A stretch of 64,000 bases of DNA from Bacteroidaceae bacterium. Lineage in GTDB: Bacteria > Bacteroidota > Bacteroidia > Bacteroidales > Bacteroidaceae. Positions 56,490 to 64,000 of this stretch are shown here, in pieces. Under the pieces are notes generated by a model. The model was not told where the DNA came from. It made no database searches and saw only the letters and a list, made by a program, of their open reading frames with translations. How positions within the stretch are numbered: position 1 is the first letter of the stretch; each line of letters begins with the position of its first letter. A program made the position numbers and the translations under genes. The stretch covers positions 3,922-67,921 of the forward strand of contig JAFUHF010000056.1 in NCBI GenBank assembly GCA_017468985.1, in the 5' to 3' direction.

Positions 56490-57671
56490 ATGCCCGACTT
56501 TAAACAATTGGCACAGCAGTATAAGAGCGAATTGCTTGACAGAGTGATTCCCTTCTGGTTAGAAAAGTCTCAAGATTTAGAGTATGGCGGTTACTTCACC
56601 TGCCTCGACCGCGACGGCTCCGTTTACGATACCGACAAGTTTATCTGGCTGCAATGCCGACAGATATGGATGTTCTCCAAGCTCTACAACGAATTGGGAC
56701 AACGCCCAGAGTGGCTGGAATGCGCCGAGCAGGGAGCCGCTTTCATGATGAAGCACGGTCACGACGGAAACTACAACTGGTACTTTGCCCTCGACCGCGA
56801 AGGCCATGCCCAAGTAGAGCCCTACAACATCTTTTCCTACACCTTCGCCACCATAGCCTTTGGCCAGTTGGCCTTGGCCACGGGCAGGGAGGAATATGCC
56901 TATGTGGCACGCCGCACCTTCGACATCGTGCTCTCCAAGCTGGACAACCCCAAAGGCAAATGGAGCAAAGCCTCTCCCACGGCACGTCAGCTGAAAGGCT
57001 TTGCGCTGCCCATGATTCTATGCAACGTAGCCTTAGAAATAGAGCCCCTGATTGCCCCCGACTTTCTTCGCCAAACCATTGACCAATGCATTCACGAAGT
57101 GATGGATTGCTTCTACAGGCCGGAGTTGGGACTGATTGTGGAAAACATAGGCACCGACGGTCAGCTTGTTGATTCTTTCGATGGCCGTGTGCTCAATCCG
57201 GGGCACGCCATTGAAGCCATGTGGTTCATCATGGACCTCGGCGTAAGGATCGGCCGCAGGGATCTCATAGATAAGGCCACACAGATAGCCCTCCGCGAAA
57301 TCAAGTATGGATGGGACACCCAATATGGTGGCATCTTCTATTTCCTCGACCGCCTGGGCCATCCCCAGCAGCAGTTGGAGTGGGACCAGAAGTTGTGGTG
57401 GGTCCACATTGAGACGCTCATCACCACCCTCAAAGGCTACCAGCTCACGGGCAACAAGGAATGCCTGGAATGGTTCGAGAAGATTCACGAATATACCTGG
57501 AACCACTTTGTCGATCCCGAGTATGCCGAATGGTATGGCTACCTCAACCGTCAGGGCGAGGTATTGCTTCCCCTTAAAGGCGGCAAGTGGAAAGGCTGCT
57601 TCCATGTGCCGCGCGGATTGTTCAACTGCTGGCGTATGCTCTCCAAAATTGCTCAACAACAAGAAAAATGA
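56490..57671 (+). CDS. N-acylglucosamine 2-epimerase (AGE family)
   Basis: The 393-aa ORF shows an alpha/alpha-barrel AGE pattern (FWLEKSQDLEYGGYF, LNPGHAIEAMWF, GKWKGCFHVPR). Confidence 0.85.
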   Translation: MPDFKQLAQQYKSELLDRVIPFWLEKSQDLEYGGYFTCLDRDGSVYDTDKFIWLQCRQIWMFSKLYNELGQRPEWLECAEQGAAFMMKHGHDGNYNWYFALDREGHAQVEPYNIFSYTFATIAFGQLALATGREEYAYVARRTFDIVLSKLDNPKGKWSKASPTARQLKGFALPMILCNVALEIEPLIAPDFLRQTIDQCIHEVMDCFYRPELGLIVENIGTDGQLVDSFDGRVLNPGHAIEAMWFIMDLGVRIGRRDLIDKATQIALREIKYGWDTQYGGIFYFLDRLGHPQQQLEWDQKLWWVHIETLITTLKGYQLTGNKECLEWFEKIHEYTWNHFVDPEYAEWYGYLNRQGEVLLPLKGGKWKGCFHVPRGLFNCWRMLSKIAQQQEK

Positions 57672-58114
57672 TACAGTGCTCCCTCTCCAACCTCAGTCGG
57701 TATGCCGACCTTCACCCGGGCTTTCAGAAACTCACGGACTTTCTCTCGTCCCACGACCTCTCCCAACTGCCCATAGGACGAACCGAAATTGACGGTGACG
57801 CCTTATATATAAATAAGGTGGAAACTGAACTGCTCTCTCACGAAGCACAAGACTTGGAAGTGCATCGTCAGTATATCGACGTTCACATTCCGCTCAGTGC
57901 ATCAGAAATCATCGGATGGTCTCCCCTTCAGGCACTGAGGGAAGCCTCCTCTCCCTATGACGACGCGAAAGACTTTGCGCTCTATTCACAATTGGCTCAG
58001 GTCTACACCAACATCACTCCAGGCCAATGCTTTGTAGCCTTTCCCGAAGATGCCCATGCTCCCATCATAGGCTACGGACGCCTCAGCAAAGCCATCGTGA
58101 AGATCAAACTATAA
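57668..58114 (+). CDS. YhcH/YjgK/YiaL family protein (sialate anomerase-like, DUF386)
   Basis: The 148-aa ORF has HRQYIDVHIPL and FAFPEDAH-like (VAFPEDAHAP) motifs. Its ATG overlaps the AGE stop as ATGA at 57668-57671. Confidence 0.8.
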   Translation: MIQCSLSNLSRYADLHPGFQKLTDFLSSHDLSQLPIGRTEIDGDALYINKVETELLSHEAQDLEVHRQYIDVHIPLSASEIIGWSPLQALREASSPYDDAKDFALYSQLAQVYTNITPGQCFVAFPEDAHAPIIGYGRLSKAIVKIKL

Positions 58115-58138
58115 GTTTCCGTTCCTCCAGCTACTCAC

Positions 58139-58999
58139 ATGAATACCATTTGGATCGTCCTCCCCATACTCACGCTGCTCATGTTCGACTTGGGCCTCAC
58201 GCTGCAAACAGACGATTTCTGCGCGCTTCTCAGGCGTCCGCGCCCTGTTCTCGTAGCCCTCTTCGGACAAATCATCCTGCTGCCCCTGCTGGCATTTGCC
58301 TTGTCCAAGGTGATGGGGCTCCACGGCATCTTGATGCTCGGTCTGATGCTTATTGCATGCTGCCCAGGTGGCAGTTCGTCCAACGTGTTCAGCATGCTGG
58401 CCCAAGGCGACGTAGCCCTAAGCGTATCGCTCACGGCCCTGAGCAGCATCATTACGCTCTTCACGCTCCCCCTCGTAATGCACTGGGCCACCCTCCTTGC
58501 CGGAGGCGACACCGGCACCGCCATTCACCTCCCCGTAGGCAATTTGCTCGTGCAAAACCTACTGCTCGTATTTCTGCCCATCATTATAGGACTTCTGGTC
58601 CGAAAAAAATGGCCCGACGGTGCTAAAAGAGCTGAACGCCTCCTTTCCCGTATGGCTTTTCCCCTGCTCATGCTGCTGGCCGGCATCTTCTTCCTCCAGC
58701 ACTATCAAACCATCAGTGCCCATCTGAGCCGCCTGGGTCTCAGCGTCACGCTGCTCATCCTGCTTTCCGCCGGCGGTGCAGCCCTATTGGCACGCATCTT
58801 CAGCCTCACCCAGAGGGAAAGGCGCACCATCGTAATCGAAGTAGGTATGCAAAACGCCGCCCAGGCCATTGCCATAGCCTCCAGTCCCTTCATCTTTGCT
58901 GACGGTGCCATGGCCATTCCAGCCATCATCTATGCCCTGATGATGAACGTCATACTGCTCACATACGTGGGCTACATCAAGTCTAAATCCACCCCATAG
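58139..58999 (+). CDS. Bile acid:sodium symporter (BASS) family transporter
   Basis: It is a polytopic protein with CCPGGSSSNVFS and EVGMQNAAQAIAIA segments typical of BASS/SBF proteins. Confidence 0.85.
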   Translation: MNTIWIVLPILTLLMFDLGLTLQTDDFCALLRRPRPVLVALFGQIILLPLLAFALSKVMGLHGILMLGLMLIACCPGGSSSNVFSMLAQGDVALSVSLTALSSIITLFTLPLVMHWATLLAGGDTGTAIHLPVGNLLVQNLLLVFLPIIIGLLVRKKWPDGAKRAERLLSRMAFPLLMLLAGIFFLQHYQTISAHLSRLGLSVTLLILLSAGGAALLARIFSLTQRERRTIVIEVGMQNAAQAIAIASSPFIFADGAMAIPAIIYALMMNVILLTYVGYIKSKSTP

Positions 59000-59109
59000 C
59001 CATCCTGCAGCCACTCACCCTCCATGTTTGGGACCTTAGCTAACATGAGTCTAAGAACTTCATATTAAAAAAACTTAGGGAAAGTCATCTTCATTCAAAG
59101 AAAAAGCTA

Positions 59110-59117
59110 TAACTTTG
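59110..59117 (+). promoter_or_regulatory. -7 promoter box (TAACTTTG) upstream of rpmE
   Basis: It is an exact TAnnTTTG match 64 nt upstream of the ATG at 59181. Confidence 0.5.
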
Positions 59118-59180
59118 CACCCGAATTTTTCTGCCCATTACACTTTTAACATAGATAATAACAAAAAATTAGTCATAACA

Positions 59181-59438
59181 ATGAAGAAAGACATTCATCC
59201 CAAGGACTATCGCCCCGTAGTGTTCAAGGATATGAGCAACGGTGACATGTTCCTGACCCGTTCCACGGCTCGCACCAACGAAACCATCGAGTTTGAGGGT
59301 GAGACCTATCCGCTCATCAAGGTGGAAATTTCTAACACCAGCCATCCCTTCTATACAGGTAAGTCAAAGCTGGTAGATACCGCCGGTCGCGTAGACAAGT
59401 TCATGAGCCGCTACGCCGTAACTCAGAAGAAGAAATAA
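59181..59438 (+). CDS. rpmE: 50S ribosomal protein L31, type B (no CxxC zinc motif)
   Basis: It reads [15 protein letters not shown] ... SHPFYTGK with no Cys pairs. The start is trimmed from the ORF-track 59115. Confidence 0.9.
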   Translation: MKKDIHPKDYRPVVFKDMSNGDMFLTRSTARTNETIEFEGETYPLIKVEISNTSHPFYTGKSKLVDTAGRVDKFMSRYAVTQKKK

Positions 59439-59489
59439 AACCCTTCTGTCCGCTCCCTCGTAAGGAGGGCAGGCTTACATCCTTTTCAG

Positions 59490-59535
59490 CACGGATTACG
59501 CTTCTGCAATCGTCATGGCGTAATCCGTGTTTTTA
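59490..59535 (+). terminator. Rho-independent terminator after rpmE
   Basis: A 12-bp perfect stem (CACGGATTACGC / GCGTAATCCGTG) with a 16-nt loop is followed by TTTTT. Confidence 0.75.
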
Positions 59536-59575
59536 TCATTTCTTCTGTCTTCACCTCTTCAGGTACATAGACTCC

Positions 59576-60943
59576 ATGTTCAGAAAAACGTTTATCTTTT
59601 TGCTCTCAGTCTGCACGCTTCAGGGCTACGGACGCGACTATAACATCCTTGATTTCGGTGCCCGGGCCGACACCTCCCTACTCAGCACCGCAGCCATTCA
59701 GCATGCCATAGACCTCTGTAGTTCGGAAGGAGGAGGACGCGTAGTGGTGCCGCGCGGCAGCTTCAAAATGGGAAGCATCATTCTTCGCTCCCACGTAGAC
59801 CTTCACTTGGAGCAAGGCGCCACGCTCTATGGCAGCACCTCCATTGCCGACTACCAACCCCTGAAGCCCACCTACCGCTCCCTGCGCACGCAGACCACCA
59901 CCATGCAGCTCATCTACGCCGAAAGTGCTCACCACGTATCCATCAGTGGCCGAGGCACCATTGACGGCCGTGGCCACGTGTTCAAGAAACTCGCCGTCAC
60001 TGACGAAGGCATCACGCGGCCCCACCTGCTGCGATTCGTCCAGTGCAACGACGTCACCATTCAGGACGTCACGCTGCGTCAGGCTGGTTGCTGGATGCAG
60101 CACTATCTGGCCTGCGACCGCCTACGCATCACAAACATCAACGTCTTCAACCGCAACAACCATAACAACGACGCCCTCGATCTTGACGGCTGTCACGACG
60201 TCATCGTCCGTGGCATGACCTCCGACTCCGACGATGACGGCATCACCATTAAGTCCACCTCACCTCGTCTTTCAGAAAACATCCGCATTTCAGACTGCAT
60301 CGTTTCCTCCCACTGCAATGCCATCAAGCTGGGCACCGAGAGTAACGGCGGTTTTCGGAACATCAGCATCAGCGGCATCGTGGTAAAACCCAGTGAAGAC
60401 CAATCACAACGATTCTTTGGCAGGGAAAGGGGACTTTCGGCCATATCTGTGGAGATGGTCGACGGAGGTGTGCTCGAAAACGTGAGTATTTCCGACGTCA
60501 TCGTAGAGGGCACCACCTCGCCCATTTTCATTCGTTTAGGCAATCGTGCGCGCCCTTGCTGGGAGGGAGCCGCCAAGCCCGGAGTGGGAAGCATGAACGG
60601 TGTTTATATCACGGGCGTCCACGTGTGCGGAGCCTCCAGTTACGGCTGTTCCATCACGGGGCTACCCAGTCATCCCGTACAGAACGTATGGCTCACTGAC
60701 ATCACCATAGCGCATGAAGGTGGCGTCAGCTCTGACGCCCTTACGGCACTCATGGACCACGTAGCCGACGAAAAATCCGCCGATTATCCTGAGTGCACCA
60801 TGTGGGGCCAATTGCCAGCACAGGGATTCTTCGTGCGCCATGCCGAGGGCATCCATTTCCGCAATGTAGAAATCGAGGCCATCCGTCCTGATGCTCGTCC
60901 GCTCTACGTTTGCCAAGATGCCAGCGTAGAAGGTGCAGAATGA
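59576..60943 (+). CDS. Glycoside hydrolase family 28 protein (polygalacturonase-like beta-helix)
   Basis: It has a signal peptide, an N-terminal YNILDFGA..D.....AIQ.AID box, and NNDALDLDG, SDDDGITIKS and CNAIKLGTE catalytic-region motifs. Confidence 0.85.
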   Translation: MFRKTFIFLLSVCTLQGYGRDYNILDFGARADTSLLSTAAIQHAIDLCSSEGGGRVVVPRGSFKMGSIILRSHVDLHLEQGATLYGSTSIADYQPLKPTYRSLRTQTTTMQLIYAESAHHVSISGRGTIDGRGHVFKKLAVTDEGITRPHLLRFVQCNDVTIQDVTLRQAGCWMQHYLACDRLRITNINVFNRNNHNNDALDLDGCHDVIVRGMTSDSDDDGITIKSTSPRLSENIRISDCIVSSHCNAIKLGTESNGGFRNISISGIVVKPSEDQSQRFFGRERGLSAISVEMVDGGVLENVSISDVIVEGTTSPIFIRLGNRARPCWEGAAKPGVGSMNGVYITGVHVCGASSYGCSITGLPSHPVQNVWLTDITIAHEGGVSSDALTALMDHVADEKSADYPECTMWGQLPAQGFFVRHAEGIHFRNVEIEAIRPDARPLYVCQDASVEGAE

Positions 60944-61030
60944 GAAAGCCCCTCTTCCCTTATCCATTGACAGACAGGCCTTCGACTTCGCTTCAGACAT
61001 AAGGTAACCTCACAAAACAGAGGTATTACA

Positions 61031-61380
61031 CCCCAAATAGCACGTGTCATTTTCATGATTCGGCTGCGGACATCCCAAATAGCACATGTAAAAACCATGA
61101 TTCCATCGCGGAAACCCAAAATAGCACGTGTAAAAACCTTGATTCCGTCGCGGAAACCCAAAATAGCACGTGTAAAAACCATGATTCCATCACGGAAACC
61201 CAAAATAGCACGTGTAAAAATCATGATTCCGTCGCGGAAATCCAAAATAGCACGTGTAAAAACCATGATTCCGTCGCGGAAACCCAAAATAGCACGTGTA
61301 AAAACCTTGATTCCGTCGCGGAAACCCAAAATAGCACGTGTAAAAACCATGATTCCATCACGGAAACCCAAAATAGCACA
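61031..61380. repeat. Tandem minisatellite array B: about 8.3 copies of a 42-bp unit
   Basis: The unit is CCCAAAATAGCACGTGTAAAAACCATGATTCCGTCGCGGAAA. The 84-bp block 61115-61198 is repeated exactly at 61283-61366. Confidence 0.92.
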
Positions 61381-61539
61381 TAGAATTACTACCTAAGCCC
61401 ATCGAACACCTCCACCAGCACTATATCTATCAGTAGGCCACACCCTCCAATATAGGCATTCCCGAGACCGCAACACCTCAAAACATTAATTTGAACAAAA
61501 ACCTCATGCTATAAAGTTTATCATTGCTATAGCGCATGA

Positions 61540-61580
61540 GCCGCCCTCCTGTTTTCCATAAAGGAGGGCGGCCTTTTATA
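61540..61580 (+). terminator. GC-rich hairpin with a weak T-tract between array B and the 3' end of the protease gene
   Basis: The stem is GCCGCCCTCC-(13 nt)-GGAGGGCGGC followed by CTTTTATA. The minus strand has no T-tract. Confidence 0.4.
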
Positions 61581-61621
61581 GCTGGGAACTCCCAGCGGAG
61601 ACCCACTTCACAGCGAAGCCT

Positions 61622-64000
61622 TTATTTCGACTGGTATTTCTTTCCGTCTCTGATGAGTAGTCCATGATGGCCCTCAGGTGCAGGCTTGCCATCAATGGTA
61701 TAGGCAGTACCGCCGGAACGTTCTTTTTTGGACGAAAAGATCCCGTCTACCTCCCTTGGAATATATTTTTCCAAATCGCCTACGATGGTACCATAGGTTG
61801 CCCATGCAGATGACTTATAGTCCTGAAGGGCCTCGCTATAAACGTGTATGGTAGGCCGTGAGGAGAACAGGTACGGACCATTTAGATTCGGAGGAGTGAG
61901 AGGCTTGGCATATACCTGCTTCACCGGACTGCTGTAGAAGCCTCCCTGAGCGAAGTTTCTTACCTTACTTCCTATGGTTACCTGGCTAAGCTGGTTGCAA
62001 TATGCAAAGGCATCGTAGCCCACGCTTTCCAGGTTGTCAGGGAGTTCCACCTTGGTCAAGGCAGAACAATAGGTGAAGGCACCCTTGGCGATGCTCAAAA
62101 GGCTATTCGGCAGCACAATGCTCTTCAGTTTGGTGCAGTTCTTGAAAAGCGCTTCACCTATTTCGTCGGCTGAGGCCAGCGCATCCTGTATGTAATTACC
62201 GCCACCCACAATGTGAGCCTCGCTCATGTCTATGCTGGTAAGTCGATAGGTGGACGTCATTTTCTTCAACAAGGCCAGATAGGCACCATCCAGATCGCAC
62301 GACAGTTTCACTGACGTAGACCGAGTGTTCACTACAGGCGAAACCAGTTCCGTAAGGTTTGATTCGCTACGCGCCCCCGTTTCGCTCTCATAAAGGGCCG
62401 AAACTTGCAGATACTCCTGAGCATCTGCATTAGGAAGGGTATAACTCAGCTGGTCAGCACTCACGCTGTCCACCAGCTGCCCTCTGGCATAAATCAGATA
62501 TCGCTTCAGGCCCAGATCGCTCTCTTGAGGAGCTTTCCACGACAGCTTTCCATCAGCAAAGGTTACACTCTCAGGCCTGTAGGAACCCGTTCCGGGCACC
62601 GTAAAGGAGAGATAGGTTGTACGGCCTCCATTCTGAATAGAAACGCTTTCCTCAATGGCCCCGATTATGGAACCAGCGCCCAACAGGTAGTCGCGCAATT
62701 CAAGTTCGTAGACAGTTCCTTCACCCACGGCATTGCTCTGGGTATTAATTTGCAGGAAATATTTCAATGGCTTAGCTTTGTCTACCAATGAAGTGAGATC
62801 CGTAACGTCAAAACCGAATTCCATGGGTTCGGTGTGAAGTTTCTTGTCAGCCCAACGTCCCAGCATGGGCACCTCGGGAGCAGGACTCACGCCCTTAGCA
62901 TTGCCGTCATAGTTGAACATTGACATCACCACCGTCTTTTGCGGACGCGATGCATTCACATTCTCGCTCACTCCGGCCACGAGCTGCACCTCACTGCGGC
63001 GGCTGTAGTCCATCAGAATGCGGAATACGCGCTCTGGCTTATAGTTTTTGCGAACAATCCAGCGCCCGGGAGTCATAGGAATCTGGTCTGTCAGCACAGA
63101 ATAGCCCAGACTGTAAGGACAATATACGAAACCGCCATCGGCCCAAGTGGAGCCCCACGAGTTGCAGATGATCCATGCACCGCGTTCACCAGCTTCTTCC
63201 TCACCGGGAGTACCATTACCGTTAAGGTCAAACTCTATGCGGTCGTCATATCCCACAATCGTTACGGAATGGTCGTAGGTAGGTCCCCATGACGTCATAT
63301 AGGTCTTACCTGAAAGGCTGTTCTTACGGTTATTCAAGCTGGAGGGTGTCTTAGCCGTCTTGCATCCGGTGATGGCCACTCCCACACAGGCCACTCCGCC
63401 TGAAGCAAAAGCCGTATCGCCCTGATGATTCCAGAGCCAGTCCTTCAGGTCGTTGCGTCCTTCCTCAGTGGTAAGGTCGCTACGAAACCGCGCGATGCGT
63501 TCAGCCCTGTTATACATGGCCGAAAGCCACTTGTCGTAGCCCTGCATGCGACCATTGTCCGCATCGCCCCATTCCTGATTACCAAAAAGGTTACTGTAAG
63601 TACGACCACCATAAATATTAGCCGTAGGTATGCCATTCTTCTGAAGCACTTCTTCACGATCTGAATGCTGATAGGCCAACAGATAGAGCCAATGGCTCGG
63701 AAACTGTGCCGAAGTGCGAATACCGGAACGACGCAGCAGACTGTTAATCTCGTAGGTCAAGGCATAACTTTCATAGCTTGCTGAGCCACACGAACCTCCA
63801 GCCTGATTCATCACCGGAGGGAAGTAGTTCAACTTGGCATTGTTCACATAGTCCGGCCGCTCGGCATCCTCACTCTGAATGGTTCTCACCGGAATATAAT
63901 CCGAAAGCGGAGAATAGTCAGGATAAGGCTTCTGCAACTTGTTCTGCGCTGCGGCAGCAACAAACATTACGCTCCCTAAGAGCAACATCCACGTGCGATG
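61622..64000 (-). CDS. Papain-like (C1 family) cysteine peptidase with C-terminal BspA-type leucine-rich repeats; the N-terminal end probably runs off the window
   Basis: Catalytic Cys (NQAGGSCGSAS), His (HSVTIVGYDD) and NSWGSTWADGGF contexts are present. The C-terminus has LRRs (FKNCTKLKSIVLPNSLLSIAKGAFTYCSALTKVELPDNLESVGYDAFAYCNQL). The frame is open to base 64000 (HRTWMLLLGSV). Confidence 0.8.
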   Translation of the reverse strand, partial: HRTWMLLLGSVMFVAAAAQNKLQKPYPDYSPLSDYIPVRTIQSEDAERPDYVNNAKLNYFPPVMNQAGGSCGSASYESYALTYEINSLLRRSGIRTSAQFPSHWLYLLAYQHSDREEVLQKNGIPTANIYGGRTYSNLFGNQEWGDADNGRMQGYDKWLSAMYNRAERIARFRSDLTTEEGRNDLKDWLWNHQGDTAFASGGVACVGVAITGCKTAKTPSSLNNRKNSLSGKTYMTSWGPTYDHSVTIVGYDDRIEFDLNGNGTPGEEEAGERGAWIICNSWGSTWADGGFVYCPYSLGYSVLTDQIPMTPGRWIVRKNYKPERVFRILMDYSRRSEVQLVAGVSENVNASRPQKTVVMSMFNYDGNAKGVSPAPEVPMLGRWADKKLHTEPMEFGFDVTDLTSLVDKAKPLKYFLQINTQSNAVGEGTVYELELRDYLLGAGSIIGAIEESVSIQNGGRTTYLSFTVPGTGSYRPESVTFADGKLSWKAPQESDLGLKRYLIYARGQLVDSVSADQLSYTLPNADAQEYLQVSALYESETGARSESNLTELVSPVVNTRSTSVKLSCDLDGAYLALLKKMTSTYRLTSIDMSEAHIVGGGNYIQDALASADEIGEALFKNCTKLKSIVLPNSLLSIAKGAFTYCSALTKVELPDNLESVGYDAFAYCNQLSQVTIGSKVRNFAQGGFYSSPVKQVYAKPLTPPNLNGPYLFSSRPTIHVYSEALQDYKSSAWATYGTIVGDLEKYIPREVDGIFSSKKERSGGTAYTIDGKPAPEGHHGLLIRDGKKYQSK

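Noticed and set aside
60904-61396. ORFs 61055..61396 (+, 14-aa basic repeat) and 60904..61371 (-, overlapping the GH28 3' end) across array B
   Set aside because: Both strands are open only because the 42-bp unit lacks stops. The minus ORF overlaps the end of a well-supported GH28 gene. The few unit differences include two synonymous changes in the + frame, but the sample is far too small to argue for selection. By analogy with array A (mixed 41/42 bp) a non-coding origin is more likely. This stays open to a Ribo-seq test.

Overview
This window looks like a chromosomal, mostly housekeeping segment of a Bacteroidota genome. It is Bacteroidales/Prevotellaceae-like, judging from TAnnTTTG -7 promoter boxes, a fused lpxC-fabZ, and the Bacteroides-type sialate pathway genes. 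I support about 55 protein-coding genes.

Main gene groups:
- Lipid A genes: an lpxL-like acyltransferase, an LPS-kinase-like gene, and lpxD, lpxC/fabZ and lpxA.
- Purine, pyrimidine, shikimate and folate genes: purC, a purM-like gene, purN, pyrF, aroQ, aroE and folB.
- xerD, a membrane pyrophosphatase, and an ECF sigma / anti-sigma / DUF4252 / beta-barrel module.
- A TPM-LemA pair.
- A sialic-acid catabolism cluster whose transporter is fused to a Kelch-type mutarotase domain.
- A GH28 gene and a papain-like protease with BspA-type leucine-rich repeats.

I found no rRNA, tRNA, CRISPR array, transposase, phage genes or recognisable defence genes, and no clear novel multi-gene system.

The least explained features are:
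1. Two head-to-tail minisatellite arrays with 41/42-bp and 42-bp units (about 39250-39682 and 61031-61380). They share a short core motif in opposite orientation.
2. A 575-bp AT-rich gap between convergent genes (18320-18893) with an orphan minus-strand terminator, several perfect palindromes and a duplicated 28-bp GC-rich element.
3. An alpha/beta-hydrolase gene interrupted by an in-frame TAG upstream of its catalytic His region.

All functional calls come from motif and family recognition by eye. No database search was run.
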